Source: Mustelus asterias (Eukaryota). Taken from it: DNA of 64,000 nucleotides. The position numbers and the translations under genes were made by a program. The notes under the pieces are model-generated. The model had not been told where the DNA came from. It made no database searches and was given only the letters and a program-made list of their open reading frames with translations. The DNA lies in assembly GCF_964213995.1 (NCBI RefSeq), contig NW_027590224.1:248001-312000 (forward strand), read 5' to 3'. Of the stretch, positions 11,319 through 23,946 are shown in pieces. How positions within the stretch are numbered: the stretch's first letter is position 1; each line of letters opens with the position of its first letter.

Positions 11319-12686
11319 GGGGACGATTCTCCCAATCCGCTGCGTTGATTTTTTCAGTAAGAAGTTTAACAACACCAGGTTAAAGTCCAACAGGTTTATT
11401 TGGTAGCAAAAGCCACACAAGCTTTCGGAGCCTTCAGCTCCTTCTTCAGGTGAGTGGGAATTCTGTTCACAAACAAGGTATATAAAGACACAAACTCAAT
11501 TTACAGAATAATAGCTGTGAACCTATTTGTGAACAGAATTCCCACTCACCTGAAGAAGGGGCTTGGAGCTCCGAAAGCTTGTGTGGCTTTTGCTACCAAA
11601 GAAACCTGTTGGACTTTAACCTGGTGTTGTTAAACTTCTTACTGTGTTTACCCCAGTCCAACGCCGGCATCTCATCTTGATTTTTTCACACAGTGGACCA
11701 GGAGATTTAGGCAGCGCCCGATCTGCGGGTTCCGGGCTGGGCATCTCCCAGCGCCGGGTTTCAGGTAGCTTCAGCTCTGTGCTGGAAGTCAGCGCGGAGC
11801 CGCATTGGACATACAAATGAGCATGTAAATCTGATTTAGGTATGATTAGTGGGCCCGGGACTGAATTCTCCGAGCCCGCTAGCTTCTCTCCCCACCTCCC
11901 CACTGCCAGGAGTATTTCACACAAGCAGGGTGCACAATAGCTCCCCACTTTCGGGGAACTAGCGGCCCGACCCCACTGGAGTGAAGGGAGGGCAATCAGG
12001 GCCCCCCAGAGGGTCGAACAACAGAGGGATGCCCCCTGGCCATTGGCCTGGGCCAACTGGCACAGCCCACGGGACAAAGTACCAATGCTCAGAGAGCACC
12101 TTCGCACTGCCCCCCACCCCCTGGGCATGAGGCAATGCCAAGGGGGGTGGGGACTAATGAGGGGGCCTGAATGTGGAGGGGGGGGGGCAGGGCCTCCAGG
12201 GTTGATCTACCACTCTGCATTTGGGCTGAGTGACAGAGGGAGGGAGGCAGGCCATTGGGTCTGGCCATTGGGTCTGGCCATCAGGGTGGGAGGGCAGCCA
12301 CTGGGGGAGGGGCCAGGACTGCCGGGCGGGGCTGGAGGGGGTGGTGCCGGAGATCGGGGCTGTGGTGGGGATGCGGTCGAGGCGAGGCCCAGGCATGCTT
12401 CGGGGGCCAGTGATTGAGCTGGCCAGCAATTGGGAGGTCGGCAGACAGGGAGCACTGCGCATGCGTCGATCTCGGCGCTGACAGATCGGCGCATGCACAG
12501 TGGCCCGCTCAGCAGTATGCTGCCGGCCTCTCCAGCGGGAATAGGCCCCTCACTTCGTGAATCACGCTCGTGCTCTAAAGTGCACAGAGTGCGGGAGATT
12601 CAGTTTTTAACTCCCACTGAAAAAAACGGGGATTTACTCCTGTTTTCACGCGAATCACTTGGAATATTTTTGGAAGAATCCTGGCC
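11319..12686. mobile_element. PIF/Harbinger-like MITE
   Basis: TIRs GGGGACGATTCTCCCAA / TTGGAAGAATCCTGGCC; 3-bp TSD AAT (11316-11318, 12687-12689); internal blocks shared with 8667-9607. Confidence 0.82.
11357..11676. mobile_element. Penelope inverted pLTR pair with two hammerhead motifs
   Basis: ~115-bp inverted arms; 12-bp TSD TTGATTTTTTCA; hammerhead on + at 11547-11583 and on - at ~11416-11452. Confidence 0.88.
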
Positions 12687-13750
12687 AATGGCTTCAGTCT
12701 TCCCAATATTTATTTGGAAGTAATTTCAGCTCCTTCTCTTGCAGGATGTTGGATGACAAGTTTGATGATTTAACAAGTGCGGAGGAATCGAGAGAGGTGG
12801 GGGTGAGGTAGAGCTGGGTGTTGTCAGTGTACATGTGAAAAGTGATGTTCCAAAGCCATTGTAAGTGATTCTCTGGTTATGGTTAGATGGATAGAAATGG
12901 AACCAGGTGAGAGCAGTCCCACCCAGCTGGACAACGTTGTAGAGCATTGGCGGAAGATGGTGTGGTGAACCATGTCAAAGGCTGCAGACTGGTCGACAAG
13001 AATGCGGAGGGAAAGATTCACTTTGTCACGGACACACAGAATGTCATCAGTGACTTTGATAAGAACTGTTTCAGTACTGTGACTGCGGCAGTAACCTGAT
13101 TGGAGCGATTCGAACATGGAATCCAAGAAAGAGTGGAGCAGGTTCTGGAGATAAATTCACAGATTTTGTATAGGAAAGAGAGGTTGGAGATGGGACTGGA
13201 GTTTAGAAGGATGGTGGGGTCATGGATTATTTCTTTGAGGAGAGAGACGATGTTGGCAGATTTGAAGGAGAGAGGGACGACACATGAAGATAGAGAACCA
13301 TTAATAATATCAGTAGACATGGAGACCAGGAGCGGGGAGGTTATGTGGTCAGCAGTTTACTGGGAATAGGGTCGAGGGAATAAGCTGTGGCTCTCATGGA
13401 GGACATGAGGGAAGAAAGGTGAGAAACTGGAGGAAGATGAGAGTTCAGGGATAGGGTGGAGGGGGTGGAGATCGGATGTGGGATTGGGGGCATCGGAGAA
13501 GTCTGACAGTCAAGAGGCAAAGCTTCAATAGGGGGAAAGTGTCATTACTCCTCAGCGAGGTTTCCGTTAAGGTTCTGATGTTGATTCAATCAAACACAAT
13601 AACTTAATGGATCTCCGAGTAGAAATACACAAATCCTTAAAAATAGTAACGCTGCTTAACACGGCCACAAAACAAGCAAATCAAACACCAGGATGTGTTG
13701 TTTTCCATTGAGTGTTGAATGTGAATTGTTGCTTTTAATACATCACTTAC

Positions 13751-14104
13751 CAGAAACACGAAGCTGGGTAACTGGTTTGTAATTGTATTTATCTCTGCCA
13801 GCAAATTCTACTCTGAAATAATAACTCCCTCTATCTTGCCATTCGATGTTGTTTATAATCAGGGAACAGTCTCCATCTTGCAGATTTCCAGACAGCCAGG
13901 TCCGATGGCGGAACTTTGGTGATATATCATTGTCGTTCTTGGAGTGAAAGGCGATTTTCTTCTCATTGTCATACCAGATTCCATCTCGTGATTGGTTTGC
14001 CAAACGCGATGGATATCTGTAATGACATCGAATCTGTACACACGAACCTGTCTGCGCTGTCACCTGTCGTTGAATGTCTGCTTCCCACTCCTGTGACAGT
14101 CCAA
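13751..14104 (-). CDS. Siglec/MAG-like gene A, V-set exon V2 (distal)
   Basis: 354 bp, phase 1-1, acceptor TTTCTCTCCCCAG, donor GTAAGT; CVQIRC, DCSL, YYFRVE, no stops. Confidence 0.93.
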
Positions 14105-14639
14105 CTGGGGAGAGAAATATCAACATTTAATATTGGATGGTTTGTAAATTCTTTAGATTCGATAATCCATTCCCCCCCGCCACTGGTGTACAGTGGCTGC
14201 AGTGTGGACCATCCACAGAACACACAAGGAACTCCCCAACGTTACACAATGGATGGAAGAGAATCCTGGACACAGGAGTGGACAAGTTCATTCTACATTG
14301 GCTCATGGTCCTCAGGACCCTGTTTATTGAAGCCAGTCTTCCACCCAGCACACATTCTGCAAGATGCACCAATTCAGATGTATGCAGGCTGGACAATGGA
14401 TTAGGAGCCCTCAGAACTCCCACCATTGTCACCGTCATGAATCATTAATTAGCCTCACCTTCTGGATCCTCATTGTCTCAGACTGTGGTTCTTATTGTAA
14501 TTTGTGTTTCATGGATAGCAGCATGACATCACTGAAGGGCAAGTGTGTCATGTGATCTAGTCTCAGTTTCACTTTGAGCAGAACACAGCACACACATCTC
14601 TGCTGCTAGTGTCTTCAAGCTTTCTATCCATGTACATCT

Positions 14640-15665
14640 GTTCTCTTCTGACCTCAGAGATGTCGTCATCACCACCATCTTCTAGAAAGGAGACAAAGAG
14701 GATTGTGGGAACGACTGAGGAATCTCCCTGCTCTACATCACCGGGAAGATCATTTCCCGAATCCTCTCTACCTTTTCCCAGTCTCTGAAGTAATGCTTCC
14801 GGAATGCCAGTATGGCTTCCGGGCAAACCTTGGAACAGTGGACATGATTTTCGCAGCTCGACAAATTGAAGAGAAATGCCAGGAGCAACATCAACCACGC
14901 TACATGACCTTCATCGATCTGACCAAAGCTATTGACTCAGTTACTTGGTAAGTGCTGAATGAGCCTGTCAAAGGCTAGCAGTCCAGAAAAATTCATCAAC
15001 ATCCTCTGACTTCCACAACAAGATGTCAGTGACAGTCCTCGCCAACAAAATAAGACAGAAACCTTCAAGGTCAAGCCTGCAATCAAGCAGGATGTGTCAT
15101 CACACCCGCACCCATTTCACCATCTTCATCGGCACGCTCATTCAGCTTGTCCAGAACAAACTTCCCAGTGGAGTGGACATCATCTACAGGATGGACGGAA
15201 AACCTTTCAACCTCAACTGGTTGAAATCCAAGAAGAAAATTACACTGACATTGCTGGTGGAACTTCAGTATGTGGAGATGCTGGCGTTGGACCGGGGTGA
15301 ACACAGTAAGAGTTTTAACAACACCAGGTTAAAGTCCAACAGGTTTATTTTGTAGCAAATACCATAAGCTTTCGGAGGAACCTCCTGATTGGAGTGACAC
15401 AATTCCTCAAGGACACCTGGCAAGGGGAAATCTGGAGAAGGAGCCTGAGAAAGGAATGCCAGCGATCTTGAGTCCAAGGACCAAACCCACCTCCCAGAAA
15501 CACCTGCCGAGTGTGAGGTCAAAGATGCGACTCTAGGATCGGCACGTTGGCCGTGCAAGATGCACAGAACCCATGTCCAATAACACGGACTTTCTGAGCG
15601 AGACAATCATATTCATGAGCGAGTGATCGCCAAAGAAGAAGATGATCTGTCCTCATGTGCTTTGT
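14640..15665 (+). mobile_element. Degraded RTE-clade LINE
   Basis: LPECQYGFRANLGTVDMIFAARQIEEKCQEQ..FIDLTKA.DSV; GVDIIYRMDGKPFNL. Confidence 0.85.
15270..15377 (-). mobile_element. Penelope pLTR fragment
   Basis: Reverse complement of 5035-5142, truncated inside the hammerhead. Confidence 0.85.
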
Positions 15666-15666
15666 C

Positions 15667-15983
15667 TAAATCATAAAATCCCGACAGCACAGAAAGAGGC
15701 CATTTGGCCCATCGAGTCTGAACCGACCACAATCCCACCCAGGGCCTATTCCCGTGACCCTCATTTACCCTGCTAATCCCCCTGACACTCGGGAGCAAAT
15801 TAGCATGGCCAATCAGCCTAACCCGCACATCTTTGGACTGTGGGAGGAAACCAGAGCACCCGGAGGAAACCCACACAGACACAGGGAGAACGTGCAAACT
15901 CCACACAGACAGTGACCTGAGGCCAGAATTGAACCTGGGTCCCTGGCACTGAGTGGCAGCAATGCTAACCACTGTGCCACCCT
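15667..15983 (-). mobile_element. HE1-type V-SINE
   Basis: tRNA head, V-domain and CR1-like tail; matches 60431-60782 in reverse. Confidence 0.92.
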
Positions 15984-16019
15984 AAATTAATTAATTTACA
16001 ACACATTTACAAAATCCCT

Positions 16020-18600
16020 TTTGAATTATCAGCGCCTTTTTATCATTCTAAAAGCACAACATGATCTTCAGCAGTGGTCAAACATTCTGGCAGCAAGATT
16101 CAGTACAGCTACAACATGGTGAGCAGCCTTACATCGCGCTACATGTCATGAGACCACTCTCGTTATTTTGGTCTGTCCATAACAGTCGCAGTGTTGGAGA
16201 GTGTGGAAATCACAGCTGCTGACTGCATGGGGAATCTTTCAAGATGAAGCACGGACATAAAGTGATTGACAATCCAAAGCATGAGAGTGGGTACACAATG
16301 AGGTCACAAGCGTTGATCGATATTTCACATTACACACATATGAAATTAATTGCAGATTGTCATCCATAATGATCTCCAGGCACACAAACTAAACTGAAAA
16401 TGTCAGAGTTTGCGCAACAGTTGTACTTAACAGTTATTATACAATTGTTGAAAATTTCACATGTTTCAGACTGTTAATCTCATGGAAAACGTAGATATTG
16501 TCACACCGTCTGAAGGGTTGCCAAGGTTTGAATTATCTATCCTCAGGAAGCTGACAACTACTCGTCATTGGCTAAGATTGACACAGAGGAAAGTGCTAAT
16601 ATACTGCCCCTGTGAATTCTAAAAGACATGTATCCACGTACATGGAAGGCCATGGTGAAAGCTGCCATTGAAACTTCCAGCACACAACTGTTCATTAATT
16701 CCACGCATGGGTTCCATAATCCTGGAGTACAAGCACAATCAATGCCTTCTGGGTGTCCCTGATGCTCTACATTGGGGAGACTAAAGGCCTAGTGATTGCA
16801 GGTCTACCACCCGTGGGAGTAATAGTCAGACACCAGATGCAGACGAACCCTGAAAACTACTCATATCAACTTAGTTCATGATCTAAAATAACCAGAAAGG
16901 TTCCAACAAAATTGATAGGGAGCTATACCTTGTTATATTTGCAGGAGAATGCAGGGGTGTCATTTGATCTGGGACATTTTGCACAATGCAAATGCCAGCA
17001 GATGCAAAACGAAATGGCGTAGGTTTCGACACTACAAAAACTGAAAAACTAGGGGCCGATTCTCCCAGCCCTCTGTGCTACTCTAACAGCGCAACGGGTT
17101 GGGAGGCATCAGCGGAGCATTTAGCGGACGCACCATGGCCTCAGTGCGTCTCCGGCTCCAAGTTTTTTTTAGAGTTATCATCTCCACACCAGAAATTGGC
17201 ACAGAACTGATGTAAATATTTCAATTTCATTAGTGGGCTGGGGATTCAACTCTCCGGGACCGCGAGCGTCTCCCCCTCTCGCCAGAAGTGGTTCACTCCA
17301 GCGGGGTTTACAACAGTGCGGGGGGGGTTGGACATGACATCGGGGCTGGCCCGGAGAGGTTCGGGAGGCCATCCTCTGGGGAGGAGGGAGTTGTTGACGG
17401 GTCGGAGGGGCAGAGATGTGTTGTTGTGGGGCTGGCCAGCGATCGGGAGGCTGGCACTGCGGGGCTATTGTGCATGCGTTCTCTGCACTGACAGATGACG
17501 CATGCTCAGTGGCCCAGACAGCGCTATGCTGGCGGCCTCTCCAGTCGGAATATTCCCAGTACACTGATTTTCAGAGTGAACCTTGCTATGGCACTCCGTG
17601 GTGCACAGACTGGGAGATTCATTCTGAAAATCACGCTAAATAAACCAACGTGATTTACTCCAGTTTTCATGCAATTCGGAATTTGGAATTTTTTTGGGAG
17701 AATCACCACGTATCGGTGGGAAATTGCCTGATTCAAGTCAGCATGTCCAAGATGGTGCAAGTCCATTTTGGCCTCACTGGGATGAGTTCGGCATCTCCCA
17801 GGATCATTTTTAAAGGCAGGCCAACCAATCATACTGGAATCTTTGTGACCTGATACTTTTCAGCAACTTGATCACTCAAACATGGCCGAACTAAGTGTTA
17901 TTTTCAGTTTATTTGGTGTGCCCAGAGAGATCATAGTAGATAATGGTCTGAAAATTACTGGTAAGCCAATTCAGGATTTGAGTGAGAAGTGAAATATTGA
18001 TCACACTACTTTTCATTACTCTAGATCTGAATGAGTGATCTGCAGAGTGAGACCCTTAATCTTCAAATGTAGACAGACCAAGGAAGATCTGCACATTGCA
18101 ATGTTCTTTCTGAGACCAACACCTTTAAATGCAACTACTCCATCACTAGCAGAGCTCACATTTGACCAGTGCGTACCAATTTACCCAATCTGACCCATTC
18201 TACTCTCTCAGAAACTAGACAGCAACATTTAAAGCTGCAAGAGAAGATGACAAATGTGCACAAGAAAATGCAGGCACAGTATTGCCAAGTTTACAGCTGG
18301 GACAAGTTCCGAGGCAGGATTTGTCCAGACCAAGGGTTCTATGTAGTCGTGCCGCACAAAGGTGGGACGGTGAGGTGTATCCGAGGACTAATCTGTTTCT
18401 TCCCAATTCCTCAATCACTGGAGCACCGTAGATTAGATTCCAAATGAAACCAGGAACAACATCCAAGAATGAGAATCCCACAGATCATTGCAAGCAATTA
18501 AATAAACTTCCAGACAAGGTCACCATTACAAGATCTAGGTGCACCAGCAGTTTACCTCTCTATCTGAGAGACTGATGGCTTCATTGGCTCTATACACTCA
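16020..18600 (+). mobile_element. Highly degraded Ty3/Gypsy pol remnant
   Basis: FGVPREIIVDNG integrase motif at ~17912-17947; boundaries uncertain. Confidence 0.55.
17052..17709. mobile_element. PIF/Harbinger-like MITE, shorter copy
   Basis: TIRs GGGGCCGATTCTCCCA / TGGGAGAATCACCAC; TSD imperfect (CTA/GTA). Confidence 0.72.
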
Positions 18601-18709
18601 CGTAATGGAAACTAAAGATGAACATGACATCAGAAACCTCTCACTCTCTGTCCTACCCATGGCTTCAGCAGGAACCTGAGAAGTTGCGGATATGGGTCTT
18701 AAATCATCA

Positions 18710-18910
18710 GATTGTAGAATGATCCAGCACAGAACGAGGCCATTCGACCATCTTGACTGTGTTGGCTCTTTGAAGGATCTGTCCAATTTGTCCCACTCTA
18801 CTTGCTCTTTCCCCCATAGCCCTGTAAATATCCCTTTCAAGTATTGATCCAATTGCCCCTTTTGACTGTTCCTGTTGAATCTGCTTCCAGCGTCTTTTCA
18901 GGGAGTGAGT
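18710..18910 (-). mobile_element. CR1 3' end fragment
   Basis: CR1 3' UTR (AGCACAGAACGAGGCCATTCGACC) in reverse. Confidence 0.7.
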
Positions 18911-19584
18911 CAATTGTCTCCTTCAGAGCTGCAAAGCTCAGAGATTGTGTGAAATTTAAACTTTACAGCAGCTTAGAGGCAATCATGAGAACTCAAAATA
19001 TTTCACACTTTTACACACTGACTGCTCTGTCTTCCTTCTCTTTTTCAGTTATCTTGCACCCTGATCGATGTTCCTAGAAATGGTGAGAATGGACAGGGGG
19101 TGTGATGTCTATTCTAGGAACTGCTGTGTTGTCGTCATGGAAAATTCAGATTAAAATGAGCAAAAGTCACACATTTCAGGCCATTGCCATTGGTGTCCGA
19201 GCATTGGGATAGAATTCCCCCAGTTTTTACCCCTGTTCCTCCACTCAAACCATCATCCCGTCACTCGCTGAGATACACTGGCTCCCAGCAACACCTCGAT
19301 TTTAAGATTGTCATCCGCAATTTCCAAACCTTCCATCTCCCCTCTCCACTCCCTATCTCTATATCCTCCACCTGCACTGCAACCCTCCTTCTGCTCTGCT
19401 CCAACTCTGCTGTCAGACGGGGAGTCAGTGTGTATCAGTGAGCACAGGGGTGATGGGTGATTGGGACTGGGTGTGAGTTTGTACACTGGGTCACTGCTGA
19501 ATTGGTTCCCAATTAGAGCTCAATAAGAATCTCTTTCACAAAGATTATTAACCATAAATCTGTCCGAGCTGACGATGATATTAC

Positions 19585-19624
19585 CTTGGAGAAGGGACAG
19601 GAGGAAGTAAGATTTCCTGATCAT
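19585..19624 (-). CDS. Gene A leader exon, coding part (MIRKSYFLLSLLQ + G); full exon 19585-19666
   Basis: ATG at 19624 in ACAATGA context, donor AAG|GTAATA phase 1, acceptor CTCCTTTCTCTTTCAG; conserved 82-bp exon at 56400-56481; signal peptide completed by the start of the V exons. Confidence 0.88.
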
Positions 19625-19702
19625 TGTCCACTCCCAGATATTTCACCAGCTTCTTGCTCTCAAGTTCTGAAAGAGAAAGGAGTTAATGAAACCTCACCTC
19701 TT

Positions 19703-21931
19703 AGAGTCATAGAGGTTTACAGCATGGAAACAGGCCCTTCGGCCCAACTTGTCCATGCTGCCCTTTTTCTCTAAAACCCCTAAGTTAATCCCCATTGCCC
19801 GCATTTGGCCCATATCCCTCTATACCCATCGTACCCATGTAACTATCTAAATGCTTTTTAAAAAATAAAATTGTACCCGCCTCTACAACTACCTTTGGCA
19901 GCTTGTTCCAGACACTCACCACCCTCTGTGCGAAAAAAATTACCCCTCTGGACATATTGTATCTCTCCCCTCTCACCTTAAACCTATGCCCTCTAGTTTT
20001 ACACTCCCCTACCTTTGGGAAAAGACATTGATTATCGACCTTGTCTATGCCCCTCATTATTTTATAGACCTCTATAAGGTCACCTCTCAGCCTCCTACGC
20101 TCCAGAGAAAAAAGTCCCAGTCTATTCAGCCTCTCCTTATAACTCAATCCATCAAGTCCCGGTAGCATCCTAGTAAATCTTTTCTGCACTCTTTCTAGTT
20201 TAATAATATCCTTTCTATAATAGGGTGACCAGAATTGCACACAGTATTCCAAGTGTGGCCTTACCAATGTCTTGTACAACTTCAACAAGACATTCCAACT
20301 CCTGTATTCAATGTTCTGACCGATGAAACCAAGCATGCCGAATGCCTTCTTCACCACTCTGTCCACCAGTGACTCCACTTTCAAGGAGCTATGAATATGT
20401 GCCCCTAGATCTCTTTGTTCTGTAACTCTCCCCAACGCCCTACCATTAACTGAGTAAATCCTGCCTTGGTTCAATCAACCAAAATGCATCACCATGCATT
20501 TGTCTAAATTAAACTCCTTCTGCCCTTCATCAGCCCACTGGCCCAATTGATCAAGATCCCGTTGCAATTGGAGATAACTTTCTTCACTGTCCACTATGCC
20601 ACCAATCTTAGTGTCATCTGCAAACTTACTAACCATGCCTCCTGTATTCTCATCCAAATCATTAATATAAATGACAAATAACAGTGGGCCCAGCACTGAT
20701 CCCTGAGGCACACCACTAGTCACAGGCCTCCAGTTTGAAAAACAACTCTCTACAATCACCCTCTGGCTTCTGTCAAGAAGCCAATTTTGTATCCAGTTAG
20801 ATACCTCACCCTGGATCCCGTGAGATTTAACTTTATGCAACAACCTACCATGCGGTATCTTGTCAAAGGCCTTGCTAAAGTCCATGTAGACAACATCAAC
20901 TGCACTGCCCTCATCTACCTTTTTGGTTACCCCTTCAAAAAACTCAATTAAATTTGTGAGACATGATTTTCCACTCAGAAAGCCATGCTGACTGTCCCTA
21001 ATCAGTCCTTGCATCTCTAAATGCCTGTAGATCCTGTCTCTCAAAATAGCTTCCAACAATTTACCCACCACAGATGTGAAGCTCACCGGCCTGTAGTTCC
21101 CAGGCTTTTCCCTGGAGTCCTTTTTAAACAAAGGCACAACATTTGCCACTCTCCAATCTTCAGGCACCTCACCTGTGACTATCGATGATTCAAATATCTC
21201 GGCTAGGGGACCCACAATTTCCTTCCTAGCCTCCCACAACGTCCTGGGATACACTTCATCAGGTCCTGGGGATTTATCTACCTTGATGAACTTTAAGACT
21301 TCCAGCACCTCCTTCTCTATAATATGTACACTCCTCAAGACATCACTATTTATTTCCCCAAGTTCCCTAACATCCATGCTTTTCTCAACAGTAAATACTG
21401 ATGAGAAATATTCATTTAGGATCTCACCCATCTCTTGTGGATCCACACATAGATTACCCTGTTGATCCTTAAGAGGCCCTACTCTCTCCCTAGTTACTCT
21501 TTTGCCCTTTATGTATTTGTAGAAGCTCTTTGGATTCTCCTTTGCCTTATCTGCCAAAACAATTTCGTGTCCCCTTTTTGCCCCCCTGATCTCTCTCTTA
21601 ACTCTACTCCTACACCTCCTATACTCTTCAAGAGATTCACTTGATCCCAGCTGCCTATGCATGTCATGTGCCTCTTTCTTCTTCTTGACCAGGGCCTCAA
21701 TATCCCAAGTCATCCAGGGTTCCCGACTTCTGCCAGCCTTGCCCTTCACTCTAAGAGGAATGTGTTTACCCTGAACCCTGGTTAATACACTTTTGAAAGC
21801 GTGTCACTTACCAGACGTCCCTTTGCCTTCCCACAGACTCCCCCAATTAACTTTAGAAAGTTCCTGCCTGATACCATTAAAATTGGCCTTGCCCCAATTT
21901 AGAATTTTAACTTTTGGGACAGACCTATCAT
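19703..21931 (-). mobile_element. Young 5'-truncated CR1/HER1 LINE
   Basis: ORF2 21749-19785 (PGPD, NYRPVS, QHGF, YMDFSKAFD, GVPQGSVLGP, FADD) broken only by AGA>TGA at 20475-20477; TSD TCTT; empty site in paralog at ~56517. Confidence 0.96.
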
Positions 21932-22302
21932 TCTTGTCTGACAGCTCTCGAGAGATCAGAACTGCTTTTAGACAATGTCTTCACAGACAGATTTTGTGTG
22001 GGATGATAGGTGCTCTGCAGAGAGTCACAAGGCTTTAAGAAAGAGAAACAATGAAGGACTTCCATTTCTATGGCAACTTTCACCACATCGGGTCATCTTA
22101 AAATTCGTGACTCTGCAATTCACCCATCCCTTGAACTAGAAAGATGTTCTGTACGACAGGATTGAGGCTCACAGCCAGATCTCAATAATCAGTAGAAATC
22201 TTTCAAAGGCTTCAATCATTGGAATCTGTCTTTATAAAGTCACAACATCAACAAAGGACAATGTTGGCCGTGGAAATGAATTCCAATCATTCCGTTACTT
22301 AC

Positions 22303-22460
22303 CCAGGACCTGTCCGATTGTTTGCCTGGGGACTAACTGCCGACCCACTCTGCTTGGGCTGAATGTCCTCTTCCTGTGCTGCTCCCTCTGTGTGTTCAAT
22401 TAGAAAGCGATGATGTGGTGTCGAAAGGAGGAAGTACAAAGAAACTGAGAAACTCTGCAA
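22303..22460 (-). promoter_or_regulatory. Putative non-coding exon 1 and proximal promoter of gene A
   Basis: Donor TGG|GTAAGT at 22303/22302; homologous to 59087-59240; TGTGGT (RUNX, 22414-22419), GAGGAAGT (ETS/PU.1, 22428-22435) and GAAACTGAGAAACT (IRF-like, 22441-22454) cluster. Confidence 0.6.
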
Positions 22461-22639
22461 TATTTGGAGGTTTCAACATAATGTTGACCAGTTGAACCTG
22501 ACATTGTGATGATGGGACAGCTCAAAACAGGGCGGCTTTCCCCAGTGAGACCCTCTACCTCGACTCAGGAAGCAAATCGAGCAATCGAAATTCAGAATGT
22601 TAAGTCCCAAGATCCTGATCAATGGTCTCTGAAATCATT

Positions 22640-23560
22640 ACGAAGGGAGAACTGCATTGTTGAAGTGTCAGTACTGAGGGAGTGCTGCACTGTCAGAGGG
22701 TCAGTGCTGAGGGAGTGTTGCACTGTCAGAGGGTCAGTACAGAGGGAGTGCCGGATTGTCACAAGATCAGTACTGAGGGAGTGCCGCATTGTCACAAGAT
22801 CAGTACTGAGGGAGTGCTGCACTGTCACAACGTCAGTACTGAGCGAGTGCCGCACTGTCCGAGGGTCCGTACTGAGGGAGTGCCGCACCCTTGGAGGATC
22901 AGAACTAAGGGACCTATGCACTTTTGGGGGGTCAGTACTGAGGGAGTGCTGCGCTCTCGGAGGGTCAGAACTAAGGGAGTGCCGCACTGTCAGAGGGTCA
23001 GTACTGAGGGAGTGCCGCACTGTCAGAGTGTCAGTACTGAGGGAGTGCCGCACTGTCAGAGGGTCAGTACTGAGGGAGTGCCGCACTGTCAGAGGGTCAG
23101 TACTGAGGGAGTGCCGCACTGTCAGAGTGTCAGTACTGAGGGAGTGCCGCACTGTCAGAGGGTCAGTACTGAGGGAGTGCCGCACTGTCAGAGGGTCAGT
23201 ACTGAGGGGGTGCCGCACTGTCAGAGTGTCAGTACTGAGGGAGTGCCGCACTGTCAGAGTGTCAGTACTGAGGGAGTGCCGCACTGTCAGAGGGTCAGTA
23301 CTGAGGGAGTGCCACACTGTCAGAGGGTCAGTACTGAGGGAGTGCCGCACTGTCAGAGGGTCAGTACTGAGGGAGTGCCGCACTGTCAGAGGGTCAGTGC
23401 TGAGGGAGTGCCGCACTGTCAGAGGGTCAGTACTGAGGGAGTGCCGCACTGTCAGAGGGTCAGTACTGAGGGAGTGCCGCACTGTCAGAGGGTCAGTACT
23501 GAGCGAGCGCTGCACTCTCCGAGGATCAGTACTGAGGAAGTTCAGCACTGTCGGTGGCAG
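22640..23560. repeat. 33-bp minisatellite array 2
   Basis: ~27 tandem copies with degenerate ends, same orientation as array 1. Confidence 0.97.
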
Positions 23561-23946
23561 AGGCGGTTTTACAGTCAGTGGGGCCCTGCGCTCACTTGAA
23601 TTTCTGCGCCTCTCCCAAACCCACGCCCTCACCTGCCCACCCTGCTCCCAGAGAATGCCAATGCGGAACCCACAAATAAACACAATTTCATCACTGCTTT
23701 TTCACTGGAGGAAACCTGCCTGTATGAATTATTGCTGAAATCCAAGCTTACCTCTTGTGAGAAAGATGGTAAAGATTGTGATGTCTGAGTCTTGAGGCAA
23801 GCAAACATGGAACTTGCTGATAAGCAACCGGAGGTAATAATCAGCTGATGACATCTCTGCAACACAGGCCAGTGCAGAACAGAATGAGCCAGTCCAGTGC
23901 AGGAGCAAATACTCCAATCAACAAGACACCTGCGCTGCCATTCTAT

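Larger units (their letters stand above)
10540..13450 (-). mobile_element. Degraded L2 LINE interrupted by a MITE
   Basis: FESLQSGY..SHSTETVLIKVTDDIL..VDQSAAFDMV, PISNLSFL, TIGGSAFSCLGPELWN. Confidence 0.85.

Noticed and set aside
8948-12723. GC-rich Gly/Pro ORFs
   Set aside because: They lie inside non-coding MITE interiors and overlap on both strands with no domain motifs.
8040-14104. V exons as rearranging Ig/TCR/NAR V segments
   Set aside because: Each encodes a complete domain through the G strand, ends at a GT donor with no heptamer-nonamer, and has Siglec rather than antigen-receptor cysteines.
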